Shown one piece after another: positions 32,006-42,497 of a DNA stretch of 64,000 nucleotides; position 1 is the stretch's first letter, and the number at the start of each line of letters is the position of its first letter. Position numbers and translations under genes: made by a program. Under the pieces are notes generated by a model. The model had not been told where the DNA came from, did not search any database, and was given only the letters and a program-made list of their open reading frames with translations. Origin of the DNA: an uncultured Gammaproteobacteria bacterium (GTDB taxonomy: Bacteria; Pseudomonadota; Gammaproteobacteria; CAWCPV01); the NCBI GenBank assembly GCA_963797555.1, contig CAWCPV010000004.1:736001-800000 (forward strand). Reading direction: 5' to 3'.

Positions 32006-33433
32006 CTAGACGATCTTCATGAGGGCGTCGTCGTCGGCGAACGTGGCGATCTCGCTCACCCCCACAGTGAGGTTCTCGCCACAGGGCAACTCACCAAAGT
32101 CGCGCCCGCCGAGCTGTTGCACTTCACCGAAGCGCGGCGGCGACCGCAGCAACCGAAGGTTGCGTACGTCCGCGAGCCCGGATTCGCCCATGAGCGCATA
32201 GGTCACCTCGGAGAAGCGTACCGGTTCGCCGAAGTCGAGCGTGTCGACATAGCGCTGGACCCGATCCAGGAGCGCCTTCTTGAAGTTCTTCGCCGCGTCG
32301 GAATCGTTGATGACCCCGGTCGACGTGCGCGGCAGCGGGATCCCGGTGACCACCAGGTCGGCGGCGATCCCGACGAACACGCGGTGCGCCTCCTGCACAC
32401 GCGGGTAGATGCCGATCGGACGCAGGTCCTCGATCACGGACTCGACGGAGACGCCTACGCCGGCCGGCCCATCGAAGATGGCTGCGTCAGTGAGGGCTAC
32501 CAGTACGGTGAAGAAGTTGGGCGACACGATGTCGCGCTCGGCGCCGAACACGCGCTCGATGAAGTTGAAGGTGCCGAAGATGGGGAGGTCGATGTCGAGC
32601 CCGCCGCCGTCGCGCACGACCACGCGCCGCACCCCCGGGACCAGGGATGCCGCCACGCGGATAGCCTCGACCGACCAGGTGGAGCGCGGGGCGCGCAATA
32701 GCAAGTCACGGTAGCGCCTGTCGGGCCAGCGCAGCTCCCCTCCGGCTAGGGGACGCGTATGCTCGATGGCGACCACCGATTCGAGTGAACCCGTCCCAGC
32801 GGCGGTGATCAGTGCGTCGAGGGTATCGGAGTCGTCGCGGTTCCAGAAGGCGATCTTCTGCGGGTTACCCCCGCCTGCGCTCACGTTCGGGTCGAGGTTG
32901 TGCTCGGGGCCGGGATAGAACGCCTCCACGGCCACATCCTTGGGCCCGCCCGTCCGGGTGAGGAGCACACTTTCGGTGGTAGCCACATGGTGGTTTCCGC
33001 TGGTATAGAGCCGGGCGCCGCGCGGGATCAAAAGCTCGTCGATCCCAGCGGGCAGCGCGGGCGTCAGGCGGATGGTCCCTTGCCCCTGCAAAAAGGGCCG
33101 CGGCAACCCCAGCTCCTCGCCCAGGCGGCTCAGCGCTTCTCCCCGCGCCGAAGAGACGAACTGGTTGTCATACACGGCAGCCAGCGCCGCCCAGGTGCGC
33201 GCGTCTTCCAGCGCCGTGACCTCGAGGATCTTGCGGATTGCCGAGCCCGAGGTGAGGTCGACATCCTTGCCGAACACCGTGCGTGCGAGAGCCAGCTTCT
33301 CCGCTAGGAGGCGCGCGAACGGCTTGGGGACGAACCCTCCGTCGGTCAGGCCGTATCCCTGAGCGCTCGTGGTGCGGGCCAGCTCCTCGTCGACTGCAAG
33401 GATGTCCGCAGTGTTGACCGTACCGTTAGCCAT
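32006..33433 (-). CDS. Baseplate J/gp47-like protein
   Basis: YGLTDGGFVPK, SARGEALSRLGEELGLPR, IPRGARL, GGELRWPDRRYR, YVDTLDFGEPV. Confidence 0.82.
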   Translation of the reverse strand: MANGTVNTADILAVDEELARTTSAQGYGLTDGGFVPKPFARLLAEKLALARTVFGKDVDLTSGSAIRKILEVTALEDARTWAALAAVYDNQFVSSARGEALSRLGEELGLPRPFLQGQGTIRLTPALPAGIDELLIPRGARLYTSGNHHVATTESVLLTRTGGPKDVAVEAFYPGPEHNLDPNVSAGGGNPQKIAFWNRDDSDTLDALITAAGTGSLESVVAIEHTRPLAGGELRWPDRRYRDLLLRAPRSTWSVEAIRVAASLVPGVRRVVVRDGGGLDIDLPIFGTFNFIERVFGAERDIVSPNFFTVLVALTDAAIFDGPAGVGVSVESVIEDLRPIGIYPRVQEAHRVFVGIAADLVVTGIPLPRTSTGVINDSDAAKNFKKALLDRVQRYVDTLDFGEPVRFSEVTYALMGESGLADVRNLRLLRSPPRFGEVQQLGGRDFGELPCGENLTVGVSEIATFADDDALMKIV

Positions 33434-33908
33434 TCGGCACCACCTTCCCGAGATCGAGCGTCGCAGTATCGCCCGTGACCGTCTCGAACACCACCTTCAC
33501 CTCCAGCTCGCGGATGTTGGAACCGGGGCTGGTCAGCCGCCCGTCCTGCAACTGCACATCGACGATGCGCCGCACCCGCGGGTCCTTCTGCAGCAGCGTG
33601 ATCACGGCGATGCGGATGCGCTCCTGCACCATGATCGGGACCGTCTCCTCGGCAATGGCGTTGAGCCCGTCGAAGCCGAAATCCACGTTGAACACATCAC
33701 CCGTGAGAGGTGTGGTGAGGGCCACGGTGAGCGCCTGCCCGAGGTTCTCCATTCCCTCGGTCAAGGCGAAGTCGCGCGTCATGCCGTCGCCGCTCGGCGC
33801 GAGCACCAGATCGCGCCCGAGGTCCAGCGCGCCCTGCGTGGGCGCGCACAGGAGGCCGAAGCCAAGCAGCCTGCGCCGCAGAATGGCACGTTCGCGTTCG
33901 GCATCCAT
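33426..33908 (-). CDS. GPW/gp25-like baseplate protein (sheath initiator)
   Basis: NLGQALTVALTTPLTGDVFNVDFG...LQKDPRVRRIVDV. Confidence 0.8.
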   Translation of the reverse strand: MDAERERAILRRRLLGFGLLCAPTQGALDLGRDLVLAPSGDGMTRDFALTEGMENLGQALTVALTTPLTGDVFNVDFGFDGLNAIAEETVPIMVQERIRIAVITLLQKDPRVRRIVDVQLQDGRLTSPGSNIRELEVKVVFETVTGDTATLDLGKVVPNG

Positions 33909-35825
33909 CAGCTGCCCCTCCCTCTGACGTCCATCACACCGTCGGTCTCGACTATCACGTTCCCCTTGGAGTCGAAGGTGATGTCCTCTCCCGCCACGAA
34001 GTGCAGCTTCTTCTTGGATTCAATGGTGATGTTCCCGTCCTGATCGATGACGATCTTGGACCCACTGGCGTGTTCAATGCTCACATGTTCATTGGCGGCG
34101 GCGGGGCGCGTGCCAGCCCGTTGCAGCTTGTCCGCACCCACGCGCACGGTGAACTTGCCCACCTCGATAACGCGGTTGCCGTCGGCGTCGATCAGGTCGT
34201 TGGTGGCCTTGCCGCCCGGCTCGTTCAGCTTCTTGTCGTCGGCGACCTGTTGGCGATCGGCCTCAGGAATGGCGGCCGGCAGGACCAGCCAGTAGTCACC
34301 GGGATTGGACGCGGGCGCCTGGCCCCGCTCCCACAGCGCCCCGATGTCGATAAGGTCGTCGTCGTCGCCGTTGCGGTGGGCAAGGAGCACCCGCATCCCC
34401 GGGTAGCGCGGCAGGACCAGACCGAACTTGCCCCAGGCGAACGGCGAGGCGTACGGTGCGGCATTGAAGTGACTTCCCCGGTCATCGAAGGCGAGTCGCG
34501 CGGCCGCGTACGGATAGCCGTCGTCGGCCACGAGGCCGCGCCAGAGCTTCTCGGTCTGTGCCGGGAGCTGTCCCCCGTTGGCGTTGGTGGCGCGCACCTG
34601 GCCCACGTCGAGGCGCCGTCCGCCCCCTTTGGCGGCGTGTTGACGGACCAGGCCCGCGAGCTCCCCTTCGGGGCTGTCGTCGTGCTGCGCCGGCTCGGGC
34701 ATGGCCGGCCCTTTGGGCGACCCGTGCTCAAACCAGCCTTCAAATTTCCCCGGGGGTCCGGAAGGGATGGCGACGCCGCGAAGCAGGGTTATGAAGGCGG
34801 ACTCGCGGGACAGACGGTGGTTGACGCCGCGCACGTACATTCTGGTCTTGGTGGCCGCGAGGACCTCGGGCACACCGAGTGCGAAGCTCACCGCCGACCC
34901 CAGCTCATCGGTCTCGTCGGGAGGACGGTTGAACTCGACGAAGTCGCCCGGTTTGATGTCCGGACGCCCGCGCAGGGTCAATTCGAAGACATCGCGCTTG
35001 CCGGCATCCGGGTTGCCCGGGTCTTCGGGTTCCTGGCCGCGACTCTCGATCTGGATGAGCCCTTCGTCGGCGCCGATCTGGAACGTCTTGCCGACCAGCC
35101 GCAGCCGGTCCGGGCCCATGTACAGCAGTCCATCGCGGATGAGGTACATCCCGAGGCCGAACTGCCCGGTTTGCTGCTCCATGGCCGCACCAAGCTCGCG
35201 CAGGCGCTCTACGCCTATCTCCCCTTCGGACCAGCTCCGCTCGTCGTTGTTCAACCTCGGAGGAGGGCGTCTTTTCCTGCGACAGGGAGTTCACCCTGAG
35301 CAAATGAGTGATTTGCGCCGCCGCCTGCAGGCTGTCGGCCTCCGTCCCCATCTGGGGAATAGGCTTCAGCAGCTTGTCGTAGACCAGGTCGCGCGCCTCG
35401 ATCACGACCTCGTAGCGACGCGCCCCCGCGCGCCGCTTGAGCGATGACACGCGCAACACTGCGACCAACGAGTCGTCGGGCGGCTCGTCGCCCTGCAGGG
35501 TGTCGGTGAGCCCGGCGAGGTCCACCAAGTAGCCCACCGGCCCTGCATCGCGCCAATAGAGGCGAAGGTTCGCCACCAGGTTCGCGCGCGCCTTGTAGAG
35601 CTTCGCATAGTCCTCGCTGCTCATCCCCTCGATGACGAAGGTGTAGCTCCCGCCGTCCAGGGTCCCCGGCAGGGTGGCGTCGATCGAGGCGTAATAATCC
35701 GACGAGCTAAGCGCCGCAACGCGCTCATTCTTGATATCCTCGGGCTTGACGTCCAAACCCTGGGACACCTCGCGAAACTCGATGTGCCACGCCGCGTGGA
35801 CGCCGACCTTGGGGATCGCGCTCAC
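33908..35825 (-). CDS. VgrG-like baseplate hub + spike (frameshift near 35255-35280)
   Basis: Hub-like LTLRGRPDIKPGD, OB-fold-like GLVLPRYPGMRVLLAHRNGD, beta-helix repeats SKIVIDQDGNITIESKK; N-terminal part in ORF 34905-36311 from GTG 35825. Confidence 0.75.
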
Positions 35826-36418
35826 GGCAAGTAGCCTCCACGCGGGCTGATTGTCGCGCCCGGAATACCGATGGCCGACTGCGAGAGCGCCGTGTTGCGG
35901 GCCGCCACGTAGGGGTCGATGGGTGCGAGCGGGAACGCGCTCGTCCCCCTGTCGACACGCCGCCAAGCCACCTCCACGAACGAGCCATAGTTGCCCGGTC
36001 CGCGCACGCAGCCGGCGTGGAGCAGCCAGCCGGCGACGTACAGGTCGATCACCGTGCGGCCGCCGTCCCCGTCCGGGATCACGCGCGACAGGCCCGCGGC
36101 CAGCGGGATCGCCGCGAGCGTCGCGCGCCCCTGGCGGAGGAGCAAGCGGATGGCTGGACGCTCCAGCGGATCGGCGCCGCGGGGCGCGCTGTGTACCTGA
36201 GTCTCGTCGATGGCCGCGCTCACCACGGCTTCCGGATCGGCCTCGCGCCAGAACGCCGCGAACCCTGTGGGAACCAAGAGTACCAGGCTCAGATCCGATT
36301 CGAGCGGCCACTGAAAGGGGACGCCGCGCGTGAGTTCCTGCCGCGACCGGGTGAAGCCGGCCGGGATCGCGATCGGTTCCTCGGGGGTGAGGAACCGATC
36401 CATCGGCATTGGCGTCAT
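35822..36418 (-). CDS. Hypothetical tail/baseplate-associated protein
   Basis: Co-oriented; stop overlaps the hub gene start (GTGA); start uncertain. Confidence 0.55.
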   Translation of the reverse strand: MTPMPMDRFLTPEEPIAIPAGFTRSRQELTRGVPFQWPLESDLSLVLLVPTGFAAFWREADPEAVVSAAIDETQVHSAPRGADPLERPAIRLLLRQGRATLAAIPLAAGLSRVIPDGDGGRTVIDLYVAGWLLHAGCVRGPGNYGSFVEVAWRRVDRGTSAFPLAPIDPYVAARNTALSQSAIGIPGATISPRGGYLP

Positions 36419-36434
36419 GACCGGGCCCACGGCG

Positions 36435-36977
36435 TCACCTCGCGAAGTCCGCGAGCGCTCCCACGGCCAGCGGGGCGGCGTCGAGGACCTTGGCGAGAAC
36501 GCCGGGGCGTGGCACGTGCACCAGCGATATCGACACATCGAGCACGTCGCGCCGGGCCGCCGAGGCAGTGAACGTCAGCGACTGGATCTGCATGTCGGTG
36601 CGGATCGTCATCGAAGTGACCAGCGTCAAGCCCGACACCGCGCCGCCGGTGATGCGTTCGATGGCCGTGCCGCGCTTGCTCAGATCGGCCATGGTCTCGA
36701 GCATGAACTTGAAGGTGAAGCGCTGCGGGCCGACGAGCAGTCCGCTCAAGCTGACGGTGTCGTCATGCGCCGCCACGATCATCCGTTCTTGCGATGGCCC
36801 GATCGGCGGCAGGTGGTACGACTCGGAGAGAGACATGGACGTGACCGCAAACAAAGGCACGAAGAGCGGGGTGACAATCGCGGGCACGGGCGTGAGGGCT
36901 TGAACCGCAAGCTGGACCGGGTCCGCCAGCACGGCCGAGGGCACCGCCGTATTCAGGAAACTGCTCTCAAGTGGCAT
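36435..36977 (-). CDS. Putative tube-initiator / Dit-like protein
   Basis: Beta-rich pattern SLSESYHLP...TVSLSGLL...MQIQSLTF...LDVSISLVHV resembling tube-fold baseplate proteins. Confidence 0.55.
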   Translation of the reverse strand: MPLESSFLNTAVPSAVLADPVQLAVQALTPVPAIVTPLFVPLFAVTSMSLSESYHLPPIGPSQERMIVAAHDDTVSLSGLLVGPQRFTFKFMLETMADLSKRGTAIERITGGAVSGLTLVTSMTIRTDMQIQSLTFTASAARRDVLDVSISLVHVPRPGVLAKVLDAAPLAVGALADFAR

Positions 36978-37023
36978 CACATGCCGCCTTTCGCCCGCGT
37001 TACCCTGCACCCATGGGATTGCC

Positions 37024-37386
37024 TCACTCCGCCTTCAACCGATCGTGCACGCCCGCGCCCGCCGCGATCGTCCCCGGCGGAGTCCCATTCGTGGTTCCGC
37101 CTGGGGGATCGATGACGACGAACTCGCCATCGACCTTAAGCTTGGTAGCTTTACCCGACGTTACTTCCGACACGGCGGTGCACTTCACCTGGCCCGCATC
37201 CTCCTTGTTCTGGCAGGCTGAAATGGTCGCGGTCGCGACGAGAATGTTCGCCGTAGTCAGGACCTTATGGCCGTCCACCTTCAGCCTGCCGACGCCGCTC
37301 TTGGACAGCGTGCCCCCGTGCGGAGCCGGCTGCTCGGGCGTGGCCACGCACTTCAACACCGTGTCCTCAGTGAGCACCTTACCCAT
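37024..37386 (-). CDS. PAAR-like spike tip protein
   Basis: LKC...PHGG, LKVDGHKV, C...KC, LKVDGEFV; Cys/His metal-ligand pattern; 120 aa. Confidence 0.78.
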   Translation of the reverse strand: MGKVLTEDTVLKCVATPEQPAPHGGTLSKSGVGRLKVDGHKVLTTANILVATATISACQNKEDAGQVKCTAVSEVTSGKATKLKVDGEFVVIDPPGGTTNGTPPGTIAAGAGVHDRLKAE

Positions 37387-37783
37387 CAGCGTTACCTCTT
37401 TCGAGCCATTCGATGATCAGACGTGGCAGTGGGCCGAGGAGTGGGGCCTCGGCCGGCCACTTCCCCAGCTGCACTTGAATTACTTGCCCGCCGTTGGGCT
37501 TGCGCCAGTAGCTGGTGCTCATGGCGTACCGGTCGCCTCCGGCGTCCTCGCCGATCCGGATGGCCCCGCGAAAACCTCGAGGTGTCCACGTTCCCTCGAC
37601 GGGACGCAGCTCCGACACGCCATAGAGGGTAATGTCCGCTGCGGGGATCGAGAGCCCATCCGTGAGCTCGAGTAGCGCACTCGGTTGATTGGGGAGGCCC
37701 ACGCCGGCCCGGTCTTCGCCGTTGTAGCTCCGTAGGAGAGCAGAGCAGCAGGGTCTCGCCGTATAGCTGGTGATCGCCATCAC
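37379..37783 (-). CDS. SMI1/KNR4 (SUKH)-like immunity protein
   Basis: LP...LLELTDG...LYGVSEL...AIRIGEDAGGDRYA...LIIEWLE pattern; directly downstream of the toxin-like gene. Confidence 0.65.
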   Translation of the reverse strand: MMAITSYTARPCCSALLRSYNGEDRAGVGLPNQPSALLELTDGLSIPAADITLYGVSELRPVEGTWTPRGFRGAIRIGEDAGGDRYAMSTSYWRKPNGGQVIQVQLGKWPAEAPLLGPLPRLIIEWLERGNADG

Positions 37784-37792
37784 GCTTCCTCG

Positions 37793-40700
37793 CTAGTTGA
37801 AACTCACAAACGGTAGCGTCGCCTCGAAGGCGTTCCGGTACTCGGTGAGTTCGGCCTCGGTGATATCGCCGCGCTTGAGGGCCCGCTTGATCACGGCGTG
37901 TTCGAGCGCCGGTCGCAGCCGCCCCTTCACATCCTCAATGACCTGCCGCATCACGGCCGGATCGTTGACATCCGAGATCTTGAGCCGGCGTGCCGCCGCC
38001 GCGGCGATTTCCTGGCTGCGAATGCGCCAGTCGATCGACTCAAACGCGCGAGAACTCCCAGTCAACATCCGGCGCTCCGTCACCTCGATGACGATGTTGG
38101 TCGCCAGCTGGCGGACCGCGTCGTCTCCGAGGCTGCGCAGCCGATAGATTTCCTTCACCTCGACGCGCCGAGTCAGGGCTGCACTGGGACGGAACACGCG
38201 GAAGTCCGACACGCGCAACTCTCCACCGGCAGACAGACCCGGGTCTTCGAACGCCAAGTGGGCGTCCGGGAAGCGGTCCAGTTCCTTATTGGCTGCGAGC
38301 AGGACGCCAACGACAGCCTTGTACTTCTGAGGTACGTTGCCGGTGAGATCCGGGATAAGTCTGCCCAGATCTAAGGAGCGCGGCGCCAGCCGCTGCAATG
38401 ACTCGAAGATCCCCACGACTTGCTGTGGTTCGAAGTTGTGAAAGACGCGTAGCGCCTTGCTGGCGGTCGTACCCGATCGCAGCTCGAAGAAGATCTCCAG
38501 TCCCTCGTTCGCCTGCGGCGAGAAGCTCGCCAACGTGCGCAACGCCTTCTGCACGTCCATGAACCACTCGCCGGTTTCGATGGGAGAAAGCAGCTTGGCC
38601 AGCGTCGAGGCGTTGCCGCCGCGCTCGAGAAAGCGGCTGAATCCCTCCATTTCGGCGGTGTGCTGTGGTCCCAGGAAGCGGCCGATCCCCCGCAAAAGCC
38701 GCTGTGCCGTGCGCTGGCTGCGCTGGGCGACGGTCGTCAGTTGTGCCACGAACTTCGCGGTGTCGGGCTGTCCCTGGATCACGTGCAGTGCGCGGCGCTG
38801 CGCTTTAACGTCGTATCCGCCGACGATGGCGTCAATCGATGGGGGAGGCACGCTCGGGCGGCCGGGCAGCAGCAACAGAGGCCGGTCCATACCCGCGCCG
38901 GTCAACCGGAGGACGCCACCGCCCGTATCGGTCACCTCATAGCCTGCCCGACGGAATCGCACCATCATCTGGTCTGCGCTTTGCGCAGGCACATATGGGT
39001 TGTATTCGAACGCCTCCGGTCCGACGGCGACCAACTCGTGGACCACTTCCGATGGCGCAGGGCGCGTCCGCGCCGCCCCTGCCCCTGCGGAGGGTGGCTG
39101 CGAGTTGCGGACGATCTCGGCGTACTGCGCGACTATCTTCGCCAAGGCACCCACACGCGAGCGGCTGAGGCCCAGTGAGGCCAAGGCTTCGTCGGAAAAG
39201 TTCTTGCCCGCCATACGCCCGAGCACCTCTTCGAGCTCTGGCAGGATTGTCAGCAAGCGTTTCTTCAGCGATGCGTGTTGTGCGTCGTCTGGCCCACTCG
39301 GACCGATTCGGCGAATCTCGTCGAAAATGGCAGCGCCTTCCTGGCGCACGCGATCGAACCGGGCCAAGAGTTCGTCCTGGATATTCAGCGCACGCAACTG
39401 CTGGCGTAGGCGCGAGCCACCGAGGAGCGCACCGGTCGCCGACAGCACCACGCTGGAGAACATGAATGTCTCCATGTCCTCCGGCATGTGGCCGGTTTGG
39501 ACAAGCGTCAAGCCCAGATTGATGCCGGTGCCCACCGCCGCGTCGGCGCCCAACACGATGCTGAGCTGCGCTAGATCGCGCCCAGGGGCAAGGTAGCGTC
39601 CAAATGCCACGAAGCGGACGTTAAACCATCGGAATAGGAACCCGAAGGCCGCATTTTCACTGAATGAGACCAGCACGTCTCGGGCGCTCACCTCCTCGTG
39701 CAGAGCGACGACCTGTCCGAGCGTCGTCACAGCCGTAAACGTTCCGGCTCCAATCAGCGTGGTCTCGGTGGCGGTCAAGCCCAACGCGCCTTCGGCGATC
39801 CCTGCGACGCCCCAGGTCACGACCATCGCGACAACGGTGATTCCAAGGCGAACCCAGAACTTCCGTTTGTTGCGTCTGACTTCTTCCTCTGCCTTGTCGT
39901 TTATTTCTTTGACCAGCTCATCGAGGCGCTGCTGCCACCCCTTCATCTTGTCTGGCAGGTTGGCGTAATCAGGGTGTTCAAGCTCGCGCTTGACCCCAGC
40001 GATGATGGGGTCGGTACGCCGCCACCAACTGACGTGATCGTCGACATCACCGATGTCGTGATCGATTGCCCAGTCCGGCAACTGCAGCGCGCCGTGCCAG
40101 AACGTCATCAGGGATCGCTTTACTTCGAGCTCGCCGAGCTGTTGCCGCAGCTTGCCGGCTAACACGAGATAGGGCTCACCACGGCCGTGCTTGCCCGCGT
40201 TTGCCACTTCGCTCCCCAGTGCGCCGACCTGCTGTAGGAGCTGATTGAGTTTCGTGTTGAACTTGGTGTATGCGTTGTCGTGGCCGACCCCCATCACAAA
40301 GATGGGGATCAACGTCACCTGGTAGGTCAGCTCTTTGATTCCCGCTGCGACATGCTCCAGCCGCTTGTCGGCGGCGAGCCCCTGCCAATCCGCATAAAAT
40401 GCGTCCGCGTCTTTCAGCAGTTTGTCGATCGGATCCTTCCGGAACGGCGATGCGCGCAACGCATCGATGAGCACGTCCAGATAGCGCGAGCGAGCCTGCA
40501 ACAGGATCTGTACCTCCTCCAGGTTGTCAGCCTCCTGTCCTGCACTGAGTCGATACAGCAGCAGCCAATTGTCAATCTCGCGCACCTTGGCCAGTACCGC
40601 CACCAAGACCTGGTAGTATGCGAGTAACTCTTCCTGTGGCACGAACGTGCTTATGCCTTGCTTGCCGCTGGCGAGCGCCGCCAGCAGCGCGGGATAGCGC

Positions 40701-41689
40701 CACAGATCGATGCGATTCAGTGCCTTGAAGATCACATCCTCGGTCTTCTCTTCCGCGGTGATCAGGTAGCCCTGCAGATGCAGTCGCGCAGTGGCGATCG
40801 GATCGAGGAGCGCGACGATACGCCGGAAGCCTGGAATGCGGCGCTCCAATTCGCCCGTGAGCCACGCGGCTTCGGGCAACTCTCCGGCCAAATGGATTGC
40901 GTCGGCGGCAATGTCGAGAGACTGGGCGGCTTCTTGGATCGCTTGCTTGTCTTTATCGATACGCCTGATCGCACCTTCGGAGAATTCGTAAACACGTGCG
41001 ATCGCCGCAGCGCTCCCTGTCGAGGCTTCCAGCAGCAGCTTGCGGAACTTCGCTGGGTTGCGCTTGGCAAACGCGCGCAGGATTTCCACGTTCAGGGGAT
41101 CGGCGGGATCCCGCCCCGGTCTCGTCCGTGTTCCGCTCAAGATTCGCTGGAACAGACTGCCGTCGTCTTTGACAAGTTGCGCGACCGTCGTGCGAATCAG
41201 TGTGAGCTGTTCGTCGGAGAAATCGCCAGGTTGCCGGGCACGCTTGACGATCAGGAGCTTCGGCGTAAGGTCCTTTTTCGGCTGATAGCTGGGAATGAGG
41301 TAGCCGTCGCCGTCGAGCGTCCATCGATGCTCGTCGACCCGTTCGCGAATCTCGTCCGGCAGTACAGGGGGCGCCGTGACCGCGGCGCGTACGAAGTCGT
41401 ACAGGTGTGCACTGGAGGCGGCACGTGAGAAGGTCTCTTTCACCAGCGCTTCGATATCGGCGCGGACCGCCGCCGATACCCGGTCGAGCTCGCCACCGGT
41501 CCAGACGACTTTGGGTTCCCAGAGACGGATAGTCGCATATCCGCCGCGCCGCGCGAGGACGACATCCCGCGAGCTGGCGAGAGCCCGTCCGGCGGCAGAG
41601 GCGAGAGCTTCTGCGATCACGTCGCGCCGCTTCGCGAGGCCCGTCGCGTTGACCCGGATGCGGGTTGGAATGATCACGCTCACGGGCAT
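37793..41689 (-). CDS. Large putative effector/toxin with TM segments and a C-terminal PD-(D/E)xK-like domain
   Basis: Helical N-half; Gly/Ala-rich hydrophobic block FWVRLGITVVAMVVTWGVAG...; C-terminal FED...VSDFRV...VEVKEI. Confidence 0.6.
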   Translation of the reverse strand: MPVSVIIPTRIRVNATGLAKRRDVIAEALASAAGRALASSRDVVLARRGGYATIRLWEPKVVWTGGELDRVSAAVRADIEALVKETFSRAASSAHLYDFVRAAVTAPPVLPDEIRERVDEHRWTLDGDGYLIPSYQPKKDLTPKLLIVKRARQPGDFSDEQLTLIRTTVAQLVKDDGSLFQRILSGTRTRPGRDPADPLNVEILRAFAKRNPAKFRKLLLEASTGSAAAIARVYEFSEGAIRRIDKDKQAIQEAAQSLDIAADAIHLAGELPEAAWLTGELERRIPGFRRIVALLDPIATARLHLQGYLITAEEKTEDVIFKALNRIDLWRYPALLAALASGKQGISTFVPQEELLAYYQVLVAVLAKVREIDNWLLLYRLSAGQEADNLEEVQILLQARSRYLDVLIDALRASPFRKDPIDKLLKDADAFYADWQGLAADKRLEHVAAGIKELTYQVTLIPIFVMGVGHDNAYTKFNTKLNQLLQQVGALGSEVANAGKHGRGEPYLVLAGKLRQQLGELEVKRSLMTFWHGALQLPDWAIDHDIGDVDDHVSWWRRTDPIIAGVKRELEHPDYANLPDKMKGWQQRLDELVKEINDKAEEEVRRNKRKFWVRLGITVVAMVVTWGVAGIAEGALGLTATETTLIGAGTFTAVTTLGQVVALHEEVSARDVLVSFSENAAFGFLFRWFNVRFVAFGRYLAPGRDLAQLSIVLGADAAVGTGINLGLTLVQTGHMPEDMETFMFSSVVLSATGALLGGSRLRQQLRALNIQDELLARFDRVRQEGAAIFDEIRRIGPSGPDDAQHASLKKRLLTILPELEEVLGRMAGKNFSDEALASLGLSRSRVGALAKIVAQYAEIVRNSQPPSAGAGAARTRPAPSEVVHELVAVGPEAFEYNPYVPAQSADQMMVRFRRAGYEVTDTGGGVLRLTGAGMDRPLLLLPGRPSVPPPSIDAIVGGYDVKAQRRALHVIQGQPDTAKFVAQLTTVAQRSQRTAQRLLRGIGRFLGPQHTAEMEGFSRFLERGGNASTLAKLLSPIETGEWFMDVQKALRTLASFSPQANEGLEIFFELRSGTTASKALRVFHNFEPQQVVGIFESLQRLAPRSLDLGRLIPDLTGNVPQKYKAVVGVLLAANKELDRFPDAHLAFEDPGLSAGGELRVSDFRVFRPSAALTRRVEVKEIYRLRSLGDDAVRQLATNIVIEVTERRMLTGSSRAFESIDWRIRSQEIAAAAARRLKISDVNDPAVMRQVIEDVKGRLRPALEHAVIKRALKRGDITEAELTEYRNAFEATLPFVSFN

Positions 41690-41766
41690 GAGTCAGGCGC
41701 CTACCAGCACGACGTTCCACATGGAGACCTGTCTACCGCCCTCGCGGCGCTTGACCGTCAACACAT

Positions 41767-42033
41767 TTAGGTCTCGCGTAGGCGCCGCGACAGCCGCTCG
41801 TAGACGTAGCGGGCGATTGCATCCATGTCAACGTCCCCGCCCTCCCCGCGCACCTCGATCTCGACGGGGAAGTGATAATGGATCACCGTGCGCGCATCGT
41901 CGGCCACGAACTCGGCCTGCGCCTCGCTCCCGGCGGCCGGGAGGACCACTTCCCCCTCGTGCACCAGCGCGATGCCGGTCTCGAGGATGCGTTTGGCTCC
42001 CGTCTCCTCACGGTCTTCAGGCTCTCTCGCCAT
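41767..42033 (-). CDS. Small protein resembling a tape-measure C-terminal motif
   Basis: GIALVHEGEVVLP motif; follows the tube gene. Confidence 0.55.
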   Translation of the reverse strand: MAREPEDREETGAKRILETGIALVHEGEVVLPAAGSEAQAEFVADDARTVIHYHFPVEIEVRGEGGDVDMDAIARYVYERLSRRLRET

Positions 42034-42044
42034 GTGCTAGCCCC

Positions 42045-42485
42045 TCATGGGATCTCCACTTTGACGTTGTCCTTGCCGTCGGTGGTGGCGTGCATGCTGA
42101 AGCCCGAGAAGGTGGCGGTGGGCGCACCGCTCGGCGATGCTGAGGTGGGCGTAGCGCTGGTGATCATGCAGTCGCCCAACACGACGGAGTTGAACGACCA
42201 GTCGTCGCCGATCTTCTCCTGCAGGGTGATGTCGAAGCGCTTCCCCTGCATCGCCAGCGCGGTCAGACGCGCAGCCACATCCCCAATGGCCTTGACGGTG
42301 ATGGAGAAAGTGATCGACTGGGGCGAGAACACCGCCCCCACGTGGGTGCGCTCGATCGAATGGATAGGCTCTATCGCGAGGGAGAAAGAGGGGGAGAACG
42401 AGTCGATCGGGGTGATATCGACCGTCGTCCCGTTCTCGGTGTAGCTCACCGCGAGGCGAGTCCTCCAGTCCAGATTGTCTGCCAT
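42045..42485 (-). CDS. Putative tail tube protein
   Basis: 146 aa, beta-rich, GGAGG RBS, directly downstream of the sheath gene. Confidence 0.7.
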   Translation of the reverse strand: MADNLDWRTRLAVSYTENGTTVDITPIDSFSPSFSLAIEPIHSIERTHVGAVFSPQSITFSITVKAIGDVAARLTALAMQGKRFDITLQEKIGDDWSFNSVVLGDCMITSATPTSASPSGAPTATFSGFSMHATTDGKDNVKVEIP

Positions 42486-42497
42486 GGCTCAACCCTC

